A DNA stretch of 63,809 bases, counting the filler, from Thraustochytrium aureum (lineage: Eukaryota): NCBI GenBank assembly GCA_012862495.1. It is 6 parts of 5 records of this genome, joined end to end, with 100 filler letters (N's around TTAATTAATTAA, not from the genome) between each part and the next. Parts side by side here need not be neighbours in the genome. Positions count along the whole stretch, not along the records: positions 13,649 to 35,864 come from BLSG01000270.1; positions 35,965 to 42,896 come from BLSG01000271.1; positions 42,997 to 57,581 come from BLSG01000272.1; 3 more parts are not named here. One strand, given 5' to 3'. A program made the position numbers and the translations under genes. A model generated the notes under the pieces. It saw only the letters and a list, made by a program, of their open reading frames with translations, was not told the origin of the DNA and searched no databases. Shown in pieces: positions 33,985-47,272 of the stretch (position 1 is its first letter; each line of letters starts with the position of its first letter).

Positions 33985-34958
33985 TGCTCTGCTCCGGCCA
34001 CCGGTCACGGCCAGCCTCCGCTTGAAACCGCCGCCGCCGCCGGGGCCTGCGAGCGCTGGGCAGCAGCTGCTGCGGGCGCAGTCAGCCGTCCAGCGTCCGC
34101 AGCGTCTGCAGCGCCGCAAGCCGCGGCTCTTCGCGCAAGCTGCGNNNNNNNNNNNNNNNNNNNNNNNNNNNNNNNNNNNNNNNNNNNNNNNNNNNNNNNN
34201 NNNNNNNNNNNNNNNNNNNNNNNNNNNNNNNNNNNNNNNNNNNNNNNNNNNNNNNNNNNNNNNNNNNNNNNNNNNNNNNNNNNNNNNNNNNNNNNNNNNN
34301 NNNNNNNNNNNNNNNNNNNNNNNNNNNNNNNNNNNNNNNNNNNNNNNNNNNNNNNNNNNNNNNNNNNNNNNNNNNNNNNNNNNNNNNNNNNNNNNNNNNN
34401 NNNNNNNNNNNNNNNNNNNNNNNNNNNNNNNNNNNNNNNNNNNNNNNNNNNNNNNNNNNNNNNNNNNNNNNNNNNNNNNNNNNNNNNNNNNNNNNNNNNN
34501 NNNNNNNNNNNNNNNNNNNNNNNNNNNNNNNNNNNNNNNNNNNNNNNNNNNNNNNNNNNNNNNNNNNNNNNNNNNNNNNNNNNNNNNNNNNNNNNNNNNN
34601 NNNNNNNNNNNNNNNNNNNNNNNNNNNNNNNNNNNNNNNNNNNNNNNNNNNNNNNNNNNNNNNNNNNNNNNNNNNNNNNNNNNNNNNNNNNNNNNNNNNN
34701 NNNNNNNNNNNNNNNNNNNNNNNNNNNNNNNNNNNNNNNNNNNNNNNNNNNNNNNNNNNNNNCGTTGACTTCCGCTGCCGCCCTTGAAAGCCAGCGACGG
34801 AACTCCGAAGCAGAGGGAGGCGGCGGCGGCCTGACGGCGGTCAGTGCGCGTTCGAACGTCGCCTGGAGGCCAGGCCTGCCGCACTCGTCGAGTCTGTTGA
34901 CGGCCGCCTCGTGGGCCTCGAGGACCTGGGCCCGATCGCTCGCAAGTGCGAAGCCGCC

Positions 34959-35194
34959 GGATCGCGTCGAAGACAAGCGACAGCAGGATCGCGTCGAAGA
35001 CAAGCGATAGCAGGACCGGCGAGCACGTCGCGCCGAAGCCACACGCGTTCAGCAAGGACGCCAAGGCCGCCCGCAACAACGACAACGACAACAACAACGA
35101 CAACAACAACAACGCCAGCGACAACAACATCGACAGCGACAACAACAGCGACAACAACATCGACAGCGACAACAACAGCAACAGCGACAACAAC
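34959..35194. repeat. 27-bp direct repeat (x2) followed by an AAC/GAC trinucleotide-derived low-complexity tract
   Basis: GGATCGCGTCGAAGACAAGCGAYAGCA twice, then an (AAC/GAC/AGC)n tract at about 35073-35194. Confidence 0.85.
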
Positions 35195-35864
35195 CGCACC
35201 GCGCATCACGCGCGGCCTCGTCGTGCCGCGTGGCAGCGCGCCTCGCCCGCTCCAGCACGAATCGCTCCACCGCATGCCCTCTGTCCCACGCACCAAACCA
35301 TCCCAGCACATTTCGTTCACACTTTCATGCCTCGGAACAAATTCCGTCGAGCAAAGCAAGACTCTTGGGACACGAACGACAACAAAGACCACAACCAACC
35401 ACGCTGGAGTTGTGAGGCGAGAATGCCGCCGCCTCACAGTCTCCGTGCACAATCGAACAAGCCGGGGGAGGGAGGCGAGGCACGTGCCGCCTCTCAGCCC
35501 CTCGCGCAGCCTTGAGGGAGTCCATTCTGCGCACTCCTCCTCGGACTCACTCGAATTCCTTTCCATGTGTTCTGCGACTCCGCTCTATCTCTAGCGAAGG
35601 GGCGAAAGTCACTCGAATTCTGCAGGCTAAGCTCCTCTCGCGTGATGCGCGATGCGCGAGTGTAGAAGTGGATGTCGTGGAGGCGGCGTCGAAATGTGCG
35701 TGCCGGCAGTCACGCAGCGCGGCCGGCTGACCAGGCAGCTGCAGCGGCGGGCGTCTTTGGCAGAAGGGACAGGGCGGAGCGCGGGCGCGGGCGAGGCTTG
35801 AGCACGTGCGCCGGCCCTCGGCTCGCTCGGCTGGCGCCGGCAAGATGAACTTTCTGCGCAAGTC

Positions 35865-35964
35865 NNNNNNNNNNNNNNNNNNNNNNNNNNNNNNNNNNNN
35901 NNNNNNNNTTAATTAATTAANNNNNNNNNNNNNNNNNNNNNNNNNNNNNNNNNNNNNNNNNNNN
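35865..35964. other. Artificial scaffold spacer
   Basis: N44-TTAATTAATTAA-N44. Confidence 0.97.
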
Positions 35965-36378
35965 TACTTCACAGTCGCGCTCGACGAGTTTGCGGCGAAA
36001 TCCGGACCGCCGCGCCAGGCGACCAGACAGACCTCCAGGTCCGCAGCGCGCGCCGCGCCGAAGATCCCGCGCACGTGGTCGCGCAATCGGTAAGACGCGA
36101 GCCGGCCGGCGCCCTCTGCCGCGCGCCGCTGCCCGCGCTGCCCGCTCGCTCTCTTGCAGGTCTGGCGCTGTCTGTGCTTTTCTTCGTGATTTCCTTGCTA
36201 GGCTAGGTTTGGTTAGGGCGCGCCGCGCGGAGGGTGTGTGCACGCGCGGCGACGGAGTTCATACCGATGTTCTCAGATTTGTTTTGATTTCGCTCGCGGG
36301 CCTCGCGGGCATGGAGCGGCCCGTGGCCGGCGCAGGCCCGGGGCGAGCGGGCTTTGCGAGCGAGCGGGCGGGCTAGTG

Positions 36379-37134
36379 TCAAGTTGATACATCCATGGAC
36401 GTGGCCCCGAACGAGGTCGGCGGCGACGCGCTTTGGTGCAGCCGCGGGGAGGAGGTCTTGGCGGCCGATGCTGTCGCGTAGAGGACCCGGATGGACTGCT
36501 CGAGGGCAGCGGCAGCGCTCGCGTCGTTGGCGCGGGCGCCTGCCACGTCGTCCATCGTCTTGGCGAGCACTGCCAGCAAGGCCTCGGACCGCGCGCACCA
36601 GCCGCCCAGGGTGGCGAGCATGGCGTCGATGTCTTGCTCGCGCACGTCGCGGCCCGTGACGCCCTGAACGAGGAAGCGCTGGCCGCGGTGGTCGAGCTTG
36701 CCCTGGACCAGGCCGGCGTAGACGCTGTCGATGATCAGGTCCTCGATTTCGCGCGTCGTGCCGAGCCCGAGCGCCCCGAACAGGGCCCCGTACTCGAGCA
36801 CCTTGGTCTGCGCTGCCATCTGTACAATAGTTAGCTGGCGCAACTTGCGTTGCTTGTCCTCCCCGAGCGGCGGCAGGGCATCCTTCTCGCGCAAATAGTC
36901 GCCGTAGACGCCGTACGCGAAGATCTCCAGCGCGCGCAGCGAGCCCTCTGACTCGGTCCCGCGCAGCTTTTTCACATTCTCAAGCTCCAGGATCTCCCCA
37001 AACACGAAGATCTGCTTATGATTCAGCACCTTGTCCACAATCGCGGCCGTGGCGCGCCCGGACGTCGCCTTGGCCAGTATCTTGAACTGCTCCACATAGT
37101 CATTCCCACACCCCGCGACCTCCCGGCCCTCCAT
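36379..37134 (-). CDS. CSN7: COP9 signalosome subunit 7 (PCI domain)
   Basis: EQFKILAKATSGRA, IFVFGEILELENVKKL, LEIFAYGVYGDY, KLRQLTIV, REIEDLII and VQGKLDHRGQRFLVQGVTGRDVR. Confidence 0.92.
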   Translation of the reverse strand: MEGREVAGCGNDYVEQFKILAKATSGRATAAIVDKVLNHKQIFVFGEILELENVKKLRGTESEGSLRALEIFAYGVYGDYLREKDALPPLGEDKQRKLRQLTIVQMAAQTKVLEYGALFGALGLGTTREIEDLIIDSVYAGLVQGKLDHRGQRFLVQGVTGRDVREQDIDAMLATLGGWCARSEALLAVLAKTMDDVAGARANDASAAAALEQSIRVLYATASAAKTSSPRLHQSASPPTSFGATSMDVST

Positions 37135-37697
37135 CGTCGCCCTCCATGCCGAGCCTCGAGCCCACCTCGCCTCCACCCCGCAGCTCCTCAGCAACGCCCC
37201 ACACGGACCTGCGCGCCACGCCCCGCGCTCCCGCTTGCTCGCGGCTCTGGACTGCTCCTGCAAGGCCAGAGCCCCAACCGAATCCCCTCGAAAGACGCCC
37301 TACACAAAATGCACGCGCATTTCTCCGTCTCCAGGAACTACACCCTCGAAGTACCCCATGTACAAATGCCAGCTCTTACGCCCGTGCTCCTCCACTACAC
37401 CCTCGAAGTACGCCCGAGAACCCCTACGACATATTTGGTGAAGTGCCGCAGAATAACCCAGGAAAAACGCCCATAACATACAGCTGCTTGTTTGACTCGA
37501 GTCGCAGGGATGTACCCTCGAATGTTCCCTAGGGATTGGGGCGGCGGTGGACAAGGAGGCAGAGCAGGCGAGCAAAGCCGTTTCGGGGCGGGCGCGCGGG
37601 CGGGCGAGGCAGCGCGCGCGGCGCAGCAGAGGAGCGAGAGGACGCGCCGCCCGGCGTTCCCTGCTGCGCGCTCCTGGCGCGAGTGCCCTGGCGGAGG

Positions 37698-40600
37698 ATG
37701 AAGGCCGGCCAGGTGGACGACGTGGAGAAGGTGCTGTTCGCCTCGCTCGATGTGAGCGCGCTGGGGATACTGATGGAGCCCGACGCGCGCGGCAACGCCG
37801 CGGTGGTCAAGTCGATGATGACGCCGCTGCAGGTCGAGGTGTGCCGCAAACGGCCGCGCGTGGGGGCGCCGCCGGCGAGCGCGACCGCCTTTGGAAAGCT
37901 GTGGCTCGAAGTCGGCGACGTGCTCTTTGCCGTCAACGGCAAGCTGGTGCACCGAGTACCGCACAAGCAAGTGCTGCCTATGCTCAACGTTGACACGCTC
38001 GGCAGTGAGGAGGCGCGCTCGGGCTCGGCTCCTGCGCGCATGCTGATATTGAGCTTTATGGANNNNNNNNNNNNNNNNNNNNNNNNNNNNNNNNNNNNNN
38101 NNNNNNNNNNNNNNNNNNNNNNNNNNNNNNNNNNNNNNNNNNNNNNNNNNNNNNNNNNNNNNNNNNNNNNNNNNNNNNNNNNNNNNNNNNNNNNNNNNNN
38201 NNNNNNNNNNNNNNNNNNNNNNNNNNNNNNNNNNNNNNNNNNNNNNNNNNNNNNNNNNNNNNNNNNNNNNNNNNNNNNNNNNNNNNNNNNNNNNNNNNNN
38301 NNNNNNNNNNNNNNNNNNNNNNNNNNNNNNNNNNNNNNNNNNNNNNNNNNNNNNNNNNNNNNNNNNNNNNNNNNNNNNNNNNNNNNNNNNNNNNNNNNNN
38401 NNNNNNNNNNNNNNNNNNNNNNNNNNNNNNNNNNNNNNNNNNNNNNNNNNNNNNNNNNNNNNNNNNNNNNNNNNNNNNNNNNNNNNNNNNNNNNNNNNNN
38501 NNNNNNNNNNNNNTTCGCTTGCAGCAGGCCTTGGCCGACGAGGCGGCGGGCGAGGCGGCGGGCGAGGCCCTGGAGCGTTTGGCGGCGCCTCCGCTGGAGC
38601 CCCCTTTCGCCTTCGTTTTGGACACAGCAAAGCGTGGCACTGGCGAGCAGGGCGACGCGTATGTAAAATTTGCTGCGGGCAAGTACGCTCAGGCCCTCGC
38701 GGTGTACACGAGCGTCTTGGAGCGCGAGCCGCTGAGCCACACAGTGCGCATCAGCCGGTCGATGTGCTATCTGAGGCTCGGAGAGCCCGAGGCGGCTCTC
38801 CGTGATGCGCTGACGTGCTGCGCGCTCAAACCAGAGTGGCCGATGCCGTACGTGTGCAAGGGAGCGGCTTTGGACGCCATGGAGCGGCCCATGGAGGCCT
38901 GCAGCGCATACGTTTGCGGTCTGGTCGTGGACCCCTCCAACGCGGTGCTGCGCGAGCGGCTTAACGCCCTCTTTGCGCGCATGGCCTGGACTTGCGTCGC
39001 CTTGGACGGGCGGCAGGTGGTGGGTTCGGTGGCCTCGGCTGTCATGCAGCGCGAAGAGTGGGGCGCGGACCTCTTGGTCGACCGCATCTTGCTGTACAAG
39101 GACGCTGAGGCGTGCCGCTCGCAGCTGCGCGACCTGGCGCCCGTGCTGGAGCTCGTCCACGCAGGTCAGCACGGCCATGTGACGATCCAGGTCCCCGACG
39201 CGGACGAATACTCATCGTTAGTGCGGTCGGGCCGGGCGCTGTGCGAGCTCTTCGACGAGGACGAGGTGCTGACGATCAACTCGTCTCCGATCCGGAGCCT
39301 GGACCAGCTGTGGGACTGCATTGACGTCGCGCGCGGCGTGGTGATCGTCGGCGTCCTTTCCGGGTCGCGGATCGCGGCGACCAAGCTGCTCGAGGCCGAT
39401 TTCGCCAGGAAGGCCGAGGCGGCGCTAAGTTCAGTGCGCACAACGACGCTGTTCACGGTCGAGGTGCGCGGCTGCGGGACGCAGGACGCGAACGGTGTGT
39501 ATATTCCCCAGGAGCTCCGCAACGGGGCATACGTGTACGAAAACTCGTGCGGGTGCCTCTTGTCGCTGGAGCGTACGCGTGCGGCGCGCGGCTGGCGAGC
39601 GGGGTGGGTCATTGGGAAGGCCGGCAGTGTGCTTTACGCCGGCTTGTTGCCAGCAGAGCAGGCGGCTCCGAGTCTGCCCAATTCAGGCAATGCAGTGGCC
39701 TCCAGGGGTTGGATGCACATGGACTCCTCCCAGTTTCGCGCTAGTCTGCAGGGCGTCAAGTGGCGTGTTTGCCGCGGGGACGGGCCCGCGCCAGGATTGC
39801 TCGGCACCAGCCCAGTGCCCTCGCTCGGGTTTTTCGTCGGCGAGGAGATGGGCGGCGACGCAGCGATCGCAGGCGCCCCAGAGGCAGATGTAGAGGACTG
39901 GACGGCCGACCTGCAGATCCTGGCGATCAAGGGGTACGGCAACCGAGCCATGGGGCGACGCGACTTTGACTCTGCACTGTCCTGTTTCAACCTGGTCATC
40001 GTTCAGGTCGACGCGCTCTTGACCAACGTGGAGACTGACACTGACGACGAGTCGCCGACGGAGCCGGAGGTGGACATGCGCGCGTTTGGGATCGGTTCCG
40101 AGGCGCCGAGCCCCGACTCGGAGGCGATGGCGAGCCCGAGCGAGGCGGCGGCGGCGGCGCTGGAGGGCACAATCNNNNNNNNNNNNNNNNNNNNNNNNNN
40201 NNNNNNNNNNNNNNNNNNNNNNNNNNNNNNNNNNNNNNNNNNNNNNNNNNNNNNNNNNNNNNNNNNNNNNNNNNNNNNNNNNNNNNNNNNNNNNNNNNNN
40301 NNNNNNNNNNNNNNNNNNNNNNNNNNNNNNNNNNNNNNNNNNNNNNNNNNNNNNNNNNNNNNNNNNNNNNNNNNNNNNNNNNNNNNNNNNNNNNNNNNNN
40401 NNNNNNNNNNNNNNNNNNNNNNNNNNNNNNNNNNNNNNNNNNNNNNNNNNNNNNNNNNNNNNNNNNNNNNNNNNNNNNNNNNNNNNNNNNNNNNNNNNNN
40501 NNNNNNNNNNNNNNNNNNNNNNNNNNNNNNNNNNNNNNNNNNNNNNNNNNNNNNNNNNNNNNNNNNNNNNNNNNNNNNNNNNNNNNNNNNNNNNNNNNNN

Positions 40601-41148
40601 NNNNNNNNNNNNNNNNNNNNNNNNNNNNNNNNNNNNNNNNNNNNNNNNNNNNNNNNNNNNNNNNNNNNNNNNNNNNNNNNNNNNNNNNNNNNNNNNNNNN
40701 NNNNNNGGTTTGGGGCGATCGAGGACCTTCTCGTGGCTCCGCGGTGGAGCGATTCTCGAGCGAGATGCGCGAACGGCTCGCGAAGGGGTTTCGCGTGGAG
40801 CGCTTGCGCCGCGGCCGTGACGGTGCGGACAAGGCAAAACCGAAGCTGTTGGCGTGCAGCGCGGACGGCGCGGAGTTGCACATCTCGACCGTGTCGAGGT
40901 TTAAGGATGCGCTGTCGCTGGGCAAGGCCGGGGCTTGGCTTGCTCGGCCGCGTGTGGCTGGCGTCGTGATCGGCAGGGTGGAGGGCGACGCTGGGCGGCT
41001 GCGCAGCAAGACAGTCCGCGTCGAGGAGCATCCGCGGGCCGTGTCGCTTGTCCTCGGCCGCGATCGCGTGGAGGTGTTTCTTGCGGCGTCGCGGCAGGAG
41101 CGTGACGAATTGGCCGAGCTGGTCGCTTCGTGGAAGCGGTTTGGCTGA
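37698..41148 (+). CDS. PDZ-like + TPR + C-terminal PH-like multidomain protein (two internal gaps; single-gene model inferred)
   Basis: PDZ-like LEVGDVLFAVNGKLV; TPR triplet (AGKYAQALAVYT...RSMCYLRLGEPEAALRDALTCCALKPEWPMPY); PH-like tail (LAKGFRVERL...RAVSLVL...FLAASRQERDELAELV). Confidence 0.65.
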
Positions 41149-41176
41149 GGCTCGCCGCCGTGGGCCAACGCACGGG

Positions 41177-41260
41177 GCGCGTTTTGGGCTGCGCGTTTTG
41201 GGCTGCGCGTTTTGGGCTGCGCGTTTTGGGCTGCAGGTTTTGCGCTGCAGGTTTTGCGCG
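41177..41260. repeat. 14-bp minisatellite, 6 copies
   Basis: GCGCGTTTTGGGCT x4, then GCAGGTTTTGCGC(T/G) x2. Confidence 0.92.
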
Positions 41261-41755
41261 ACCACCTCGTGGTGCGGAGAGCTTGGCCGATTGTAGAATT
41301 TTATGAAATGCGTTGATGGTAATTCGCTGGTGTTGGTGGTGGTAAGTAAGTGAATGCGTTGGTGAGTGATGTCGTTGTGTATTGAACAAGAGGTTGCTGG
41401 CTGGCTACACGGGCCGGCTCGGGCGCAGGCACGAGGGGTCCGGGCGGCCAGCCGCGAGAAGAAGTGTACCCTAGTGAAGAGCAGACTTGGGCAAAGTCAC
41501 CCAGTCCGCAGAGCACGGGTCCTACCATCGAGTCCCCATTCATCGNNNNNNNNNNNNNNNNNNNNNNNNNNNNNNNNNNNNNNNNNNNNNNNNNNNNNNN
41601 NNNNNNNNNNNNNNNNNNNNNNNNNNNNNNNNNNNNNNNNNNNNNNNNNNNNNNNNNNNNNNNNNNNNNNNNNNNNNNNNNNNNNNNNNNNNNNNNNNNN
41701 NNNNNNNNNNNNNNNNNNNNNNNNNNNNNNNNNNNNNNNCCCAGATCACCAGCAC

Positions 41756-42896
41756 TCAGCTGCGCTGCCCTGCGAGGCGATTGAGTGCGGCGCGCGGCGC
41801 GTTGGCCGAATAAAGCGTTCGGATCGTTTGGTCTGGGATGACACTGTAGCCCTCGAACAAGTGGGCAGAGTTGGAAGGTTCTAGCGGGGCGTCCAGAGCG
41901 GCCAGGTGTGTGAAGCCAGCGTCAAAGTTGGAGACGTCGAGCGTGCTGGCGATTCGCGGCGGACGCAGGGGTCTCTCTTGGCCGAGCTCGACGCGGGACC
42001 AGTCGAGCCCCCCGAAGAACGGGTGCGACTTGAAGGCGGTCTCGAAATCGGCGAGGTCAAAGCAGAGACGGTCGGAGGGAACTTTGCACAGGAGGCGGCT
42101 GACGAGGTCAAACTGCGGCGAGCCCTCTGGGACGGCCACGTCTGGCTCGAAGGCCTCGGTGCAAATCATATTGCAGAAGCGCTGCTCGTCCTCGTCCTCA
42201 AAGGGCGGGAACCCTGTGAGAAGCTCGAACAAGATGGCACCAAGGCTCCACCAGTCCGACTCGAAAGCGTGGGGCTCGCGGCGCAGGATTTCTGGAGAAG
42301 AGTAGGCGAGCGTGCCGCACTGCGTGACAATCTCGCGGCGACCTGTCAGCGGGTTGCGGTGCTCGGCGTCATTGAGCCACACCGAGAGCCCAAAGTCGAG
42401 CAGGCGCACGTGGCCGTCAGAGCCAATCGCGACGTTCTCTGGCTTGAGGTCGCGGTACACGATGTCGTTTCTGTGCAAGAAGTTGAGGGCGAGAGCGATT
42501 TCGGCGACGTAGAGCCGTGCGTCGGCTGGATGCACCGCGTCCCGCATGATCAGCGTAAAGAGCTCGCCGCCTGGGCAATACTCCATGCCGATATAGAGCT
42601 TTGAGCTGGTCTGGCAGGCAAACTGAAGACCCACCACGTAGCGGTGCTGGCTCGCGAGCCTGAGCACGCGCAGCTCGGTGACCGCCTGGTCGGCCATGTT
42701 GCTCTCAACAACGCGCTCCTTGGGCACAACCTTGACGGCGACCAGTCGGCTCTGGGCGTCGTGCTGGGGGCTCGGGCTGTGGTCTGGCTCGGGCTCCTCC
42801 GCGGCGTCCGCGCGCGCGGCCCGCCGGTTCTCTCGCAAGACGGCCGCTAGTGGCGAGGCACGGAGCGAGTCTTGCCGGCGCGCCGCGAGCCCCTCT
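41756..42896 (-). CDS. AGC-family Ser/Thr protein kinase, 5'-partial
   Basis: VAVK, MEYCPGGELF, YRDLKPEN, DFG, CGTLAYSSPE, DWWSLG and an AGC C-tail DVSNFDAGFT...LFEGYS. Confidence 0.92.
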
Positions 42897-42996
42897 NNNN
42901 NNNNNNNNNNNNNNNNNNNNNNNNNNNNNNNNNNNNNNNNTTAATTAATTAANNNNNNNNNNNNNNNNNNNNNNNNNNNNNNNNNNNNNNNNNNNN
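42897..42996. other. Artificial scaffold spacer
   Basis: N44-TTAATTAATTAA-N44. Confidence 0.97.
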
Positions 42997-44700
42997 ACAA
43001 CAAGGACCTATGCTGTTGCGTTGGGCGTGGTCTTCGGCACGGGGCAATCCGATACAAGTATTGCGCAGTCTTATTTCCCAGCCTGACAGGAATTGTTGGG
43101 CGCCCTGAAACGTGTCTCTCCAATAGTACAATGACATAGACATAGACCAAGGAGGCCGATCAAACAAGAAACTAATTGCCACCAACGACACCGAAGCGCA
43201 GTGTTTGGTTGACGCAACAAGAATGTACTATAGAGACTTTCCAGACCCTGTCGTGTGGAAGCTCTGTGGATCGAAACCGCAGACAGCAAGGAGAGGAAAG
43301 GCAGATGAAGCGTCGTGGCGCACAACCGAGGCAGAGCTGAAGTTGTCCCGCTCCTCACGCAGGGCCGGTTTTCGACATGGTTGTTTCTTCAATTGTGTGC
43401 GTAGCTTCAGCTCTCCTACGGTGATCGGTGAGGGAGGCAAGCGCGCTCGCGTGTTTACGTTGGACCAGGGTGGCTTGTACGGCAACCGAAGTGATCTGGA
43501 TTCTGATGCAACAGTGTGCGGCAGCACCTTCGAGCCCTGCCGACCAACCCACGCCTTTCTGCAGTCCCGCTCCATCATCCAGCACCAGCACGGGCAACAC
43601 AACGAGGAATGGGCGGACCAACGTGCCCGGCCGCTCGCTCTCCAGGGGAGTGGAGCGCCATGCTGCGCCCGGTCGCCAAGGACGGGCAACTATCCAGAGT
43701 TTTGGTGGCTTGCGATGATCCCTGGCCAGCGATACCTATACCCGCTCATCATTTCTCACTCCCTTCCGAAGGCAAGTCGGATCAGAGCTGCAGGCCCATG
43801 CAGAACTCAATCCATGTGGTTGGGCTGTTACGCTACGCTACTACGCGAGGCTAACAAACGGGAAGTGCGACCTCAACAGAAATGTGAAAGAAACTACACA
43901 GCCCAACCTATGAGCAGGTCAGGCAGCGCCAACCGGGAGGGTCTCGCTGCGCCACGAGGGCGGCAGAACTCAATTACAAACCTAGCGCTACTTCTCATCG
44001 ACTACTAACGAAAACTGTTGCTGTCTCAGCGAATTTCTCGTTCCCACCGGGCGGCGCAGGGCTGCCGGCCAGCTCTGCCAGGCGCGAGGGTTGGCCGTTT
44101 CGCTGCTGCAGTACACCCCGGACCATGTCGAATCGCCGCCCCCGAGGGAGTTGGCCCTCTCCAGAAACGAATCCACGCGGAACTCTTGAGCTCTGAGCAA
44201 CCGATCTGGTGAATCGCGCTCGCGGCTCTCACGCGTGACCTTTCGAGCCTGGAGACGAGCGAGAATTCGCAAGCAGGAGACCTCAACGCGCCCAACGGCT
44301 CCGGCGCGTCGGGCAACAACATCGGTAAAACGTGCCAGGACATGTCAGTCTCTGTGCCTTACTCAGGAGACCTCTTTTGTACCGCTCAATTCCGACTATT
44401 TGCGTATCGGCACACTTCGTTTTGTTCCAAGTAAAGGGGTATGCGAGATAAATGGGTTGGGTTTCTTGGCGTTGTCGAACATCGCGTCCATCTCAGCCCA
44501 GCNNNNNNNNNNNNNNNNNNNNNNNNNNNNNNNNNNNNNNNNNNNNNNNNNNNNNNNNNNNNNNNNNNNNNNNNNNNNNNNNNNNNNNNNNNNNNNNNNN
44601 NNNNNNNNNNNNNNNNNNNNNNNNNNNNNNNNNNNNNNNNNNNNNNNNNNNNNNNNNNNNNNNNNNNNNNNNNNNNNNNNNNNNNNNNNNNNNNNNNNTT

Positions 44701-46385
44701 GGAGTGGCTGGCTGCGTTTTGTTTCTGTGGCTCCCCCGTCGGCTCATTCCAGAGTACGCCATGTATCGTGTCGACATCGCTGCGCACGAAAGCGTAATCA
44801 TCGACTACTCGACGCGGTCGGCGCTGCAAGAGCTCCGCGCACACATCAACTGGGACATGCCGACGACCTTCTACCTGCCTGTCAGTTTTCTTTGTTTCTT
44901 AGAGCGCCCACGGCCCTTTGGTTTCGCGTGCTCGTGCCAGTGGCGGCCATGTACGGCCTGTTCTTTTCTGTGCGGCGAGCAAATGGCGTCAACCTTGCCG
45001 GGACTATCGCAGGCCTCGGGCCCCTCTCAGCGATGCTGCTGGTGTTCTGGAAGAGCCTTCCGCAAGGAAGCCGAATTCCCAAGCAAGCTCTTGTTCAGGT
45101 CATGATCGTGCACCTGGGCATTCTAATGCTGACTCTCCTTCGCGCGATGCCTGCGAACGAGATCTGGGCTCAGCTGCTGCTTATCTGTGTACTCTTCCCG
45201 ATATATAGAGAGATCACTCTCCTCTTCAGTCGGCACTCGGCCCGATACCTCATCATAGCCAAAGACGCCAACGGCGAAGGCGACCAAAACCAAGTACGCC
45301 GCAACCTTGGTTGGCTTTTCTTCATGTGGTGTCAACTCGTCGTCTCGTTGACTTCCCGGCTCGCTTTCACGAACGTCAACGACCAGAACCTGATGGTGGT
45401 CGTGATCGCTTTCCAGAGCATCTTGGAGATTGCGCTCAGGTTCACAATGGAGGCGCGCAGCAGATGGGTGCGAGACGTGTGGTCCAGGCTTTCGACGAAA
45501 GTGTCCACCTCATCCTCAAACACAGCGATAGCACAGCACCCCAAGAACAAGTCAAGCGTAGATCCTGAGCGTCTTGGCAGTCTCAAGCGGTCGGGGACAG
45601 TGCTGGTCGAGATTCGAGCGAAAGGTCTTGGTGCCGCGGTCAAGAGTAAACCGTCGGCACGTTTCAACAGGACGGCGGCGCTTCTTCGAGCGCTGGAAAA
45701 CAAGTCGGCTCTTGGGTTTGCAGATAGCGACGCCATTCAAAGCAGCGTCACAACGATTGCTTCAGGCGAGACTGCCGCTGCCGAGACGGAAAAGGCGTTT
45801 TGGGCGATGATGCTGTGCGGCGAGATGCTCTCCGAATACGTTGGAATCTGTGAGTTTGGCCGGTTTGCTGGCGCAGCATCGCTTGCCAAGCAGCGCCCTG
45901 ACTTGGACTTGTGTCTTTCTTGCTGGGCAGTTTGTTCGCTCGCCGTCGTATTCCTCTACAAGGACGCGCCACTTGCACTCCCGTTCGAGTACTACAACGC
46001 AGTTCTAGCCGCGGGTCCAAGTCAGCCGGTCCCAATAGCGCCCTTAGTAGAGTCCACGCTGCTGCAGCTGGCAGCAGAGGTGCTGGTTGACGCGATTTGC
46101 GCTGCGGTGGAAATGCGAAAGGGCTACAATCTTTCCGCCGTGTGGAATGGCCGCCCCAAATGGTTTGCGACGATTCTTGTCATGTCTTCCTGGTTTGCGG
46201 CAGCCTTCGCATTGATCCTCTCCGTGGGGTGGGACGATATATCCAGGTGCAGGGACCAGGACATGTGCTGTTGCGTCGAGAATGGCCTCAGACCCGGCGC
46301 TCTTCGCTACAACTACTGCCTCTTCATTTATTCGAACGCGACTGATGTGCCCGGGCGCCCCGTTTTCGGCTGCGATGCAGCCTAG
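44701..46385 (+). CDS. Multi-pass membrane protein of unknown function, 5'-partial; probable in-frame intron 45850-45930 and frameshift near 44890
   Basis: At least 8 hydrophobic segments and a Cys-rich C-terminus. An 81-nt GTGAGT...CTGAC...GCAG segment interrupts a predicted TM helix. Confidence 0.65.
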
Positions 46386-46843
46386 AGGGGGTCCAGTCTA
46401 CAGCATGAGTGCGAGATCTGCATACGAGCGCCTGGTAGGCCTGCTTATAAGCCAGCGAACAATGTCGTTCACTCTACACTAAATCACTTCAAGATCACAA
46501 AGGAGGAGGTCCATGGACCTACATTCGTGTCTTCCTTGATATCCAAAAATGGAGTCGAGGTAGCGAGCTCCACCATTCCCGGCAGACCGAGCTGGAGGAA
46601 TGCGCGGGATAGGAAAGGAATCCCTGCCAACCCGTCTGAAAAAAAACCATGATACCTGCCACCTTGTTCTCAGCAGCTCCGAGCTCGCGGCCTGTCCAAT
46701 TCTGTAAAAAAACTCTCTCGCGGGATACTTGTGTGCGTCGCTTTTCCCCGGGACGACGCAGGCCGCCCACGCGAGCAGTAGACTGAAAGAGCTGAAGCCC
46801 TGCGCGCCCGGCCCAAGCGTTGGCGCGGCGAAAGCTCCGCGGA

Positions 46844-47272
46844 TCAGTAGGTGTGCCGTGTCGAGTAGTCTTTCGGAGAGATGACGAGGCCGCGCCCTAC
46901 GCGCGCTCCTCGGTACACGGTTTCCACTATGTCGATAAACTCTTGCTTGTCGGTGAGCGGCCAGTTGATCTTGTTGTTGTTTCCGGTGCCGAGGTCGACC
47001 ATAATGTGCCTGTTCCTGAAGAAGAACATGACGCTCAGTGGATCGTAGAGCTCGTACATGACATTAAAGTCCGGGACCTCGGTGATGTCCACCACGTAAA
47101 TCACCGCAAAATTGCGCACCAGTTCCGCCACCTTGACGAGCGTCTCGTCCATCGCCATGCACTGCGGGTCATGGTCGTGTCCAAACCTGATCACCACAAC
47201 CCTGTCCTCCTCGGACAGAATCGCCTGGTCCACCGCCCAACCACTATCGAGGTGCGGCAGCAAGTAGCTCAT
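46844..47272 (-). CDS. TXNL4A: U5 snRNP thioredoxin-like protein Dim1 (142 aa)
   Basis: MSYLLPHLDSGWAVDQAILSEEDRVVVIRFG...FFFRNRHIMVDLGTGNNNKINW...GRGLVISPKDYST. Confidence 0.97.
   Translation of the reverse strand: MSYLLPHLDSGWAVDQAILSEEDRVVVIRFGHDHDPQCMAMDETLVKVAELVRNFAVIYVVDITEVPDFNVMYELYDPLSVMFFFRNRHIMVDLGTGNNNKINWPLTDKQEFIDIVETVYRGARVGRGLVISPKDYSTRHTY

Noticed and set aside
34764..35594. Asn/Asp-, Thr- or Val/Leu-rich ORFs across the trinucleotide tract
   Set aside because: Several frames are open only because of the low-complexity repeat, so the true coding frame, if any, cannot be determined.
41177..41260. TTTTGGG-containing repeat as telomeric sequence
   Set aside because: The unit is a 14-bp internal minisatellite just after a stop codon, not a terminal simple telomere repeat.
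43205..44008. 267-aa ORF as a gene or transposon remnant
   Set aside because: Non-ATG start, no recognisable motif and no host-like codon bias. I cannot support a call.
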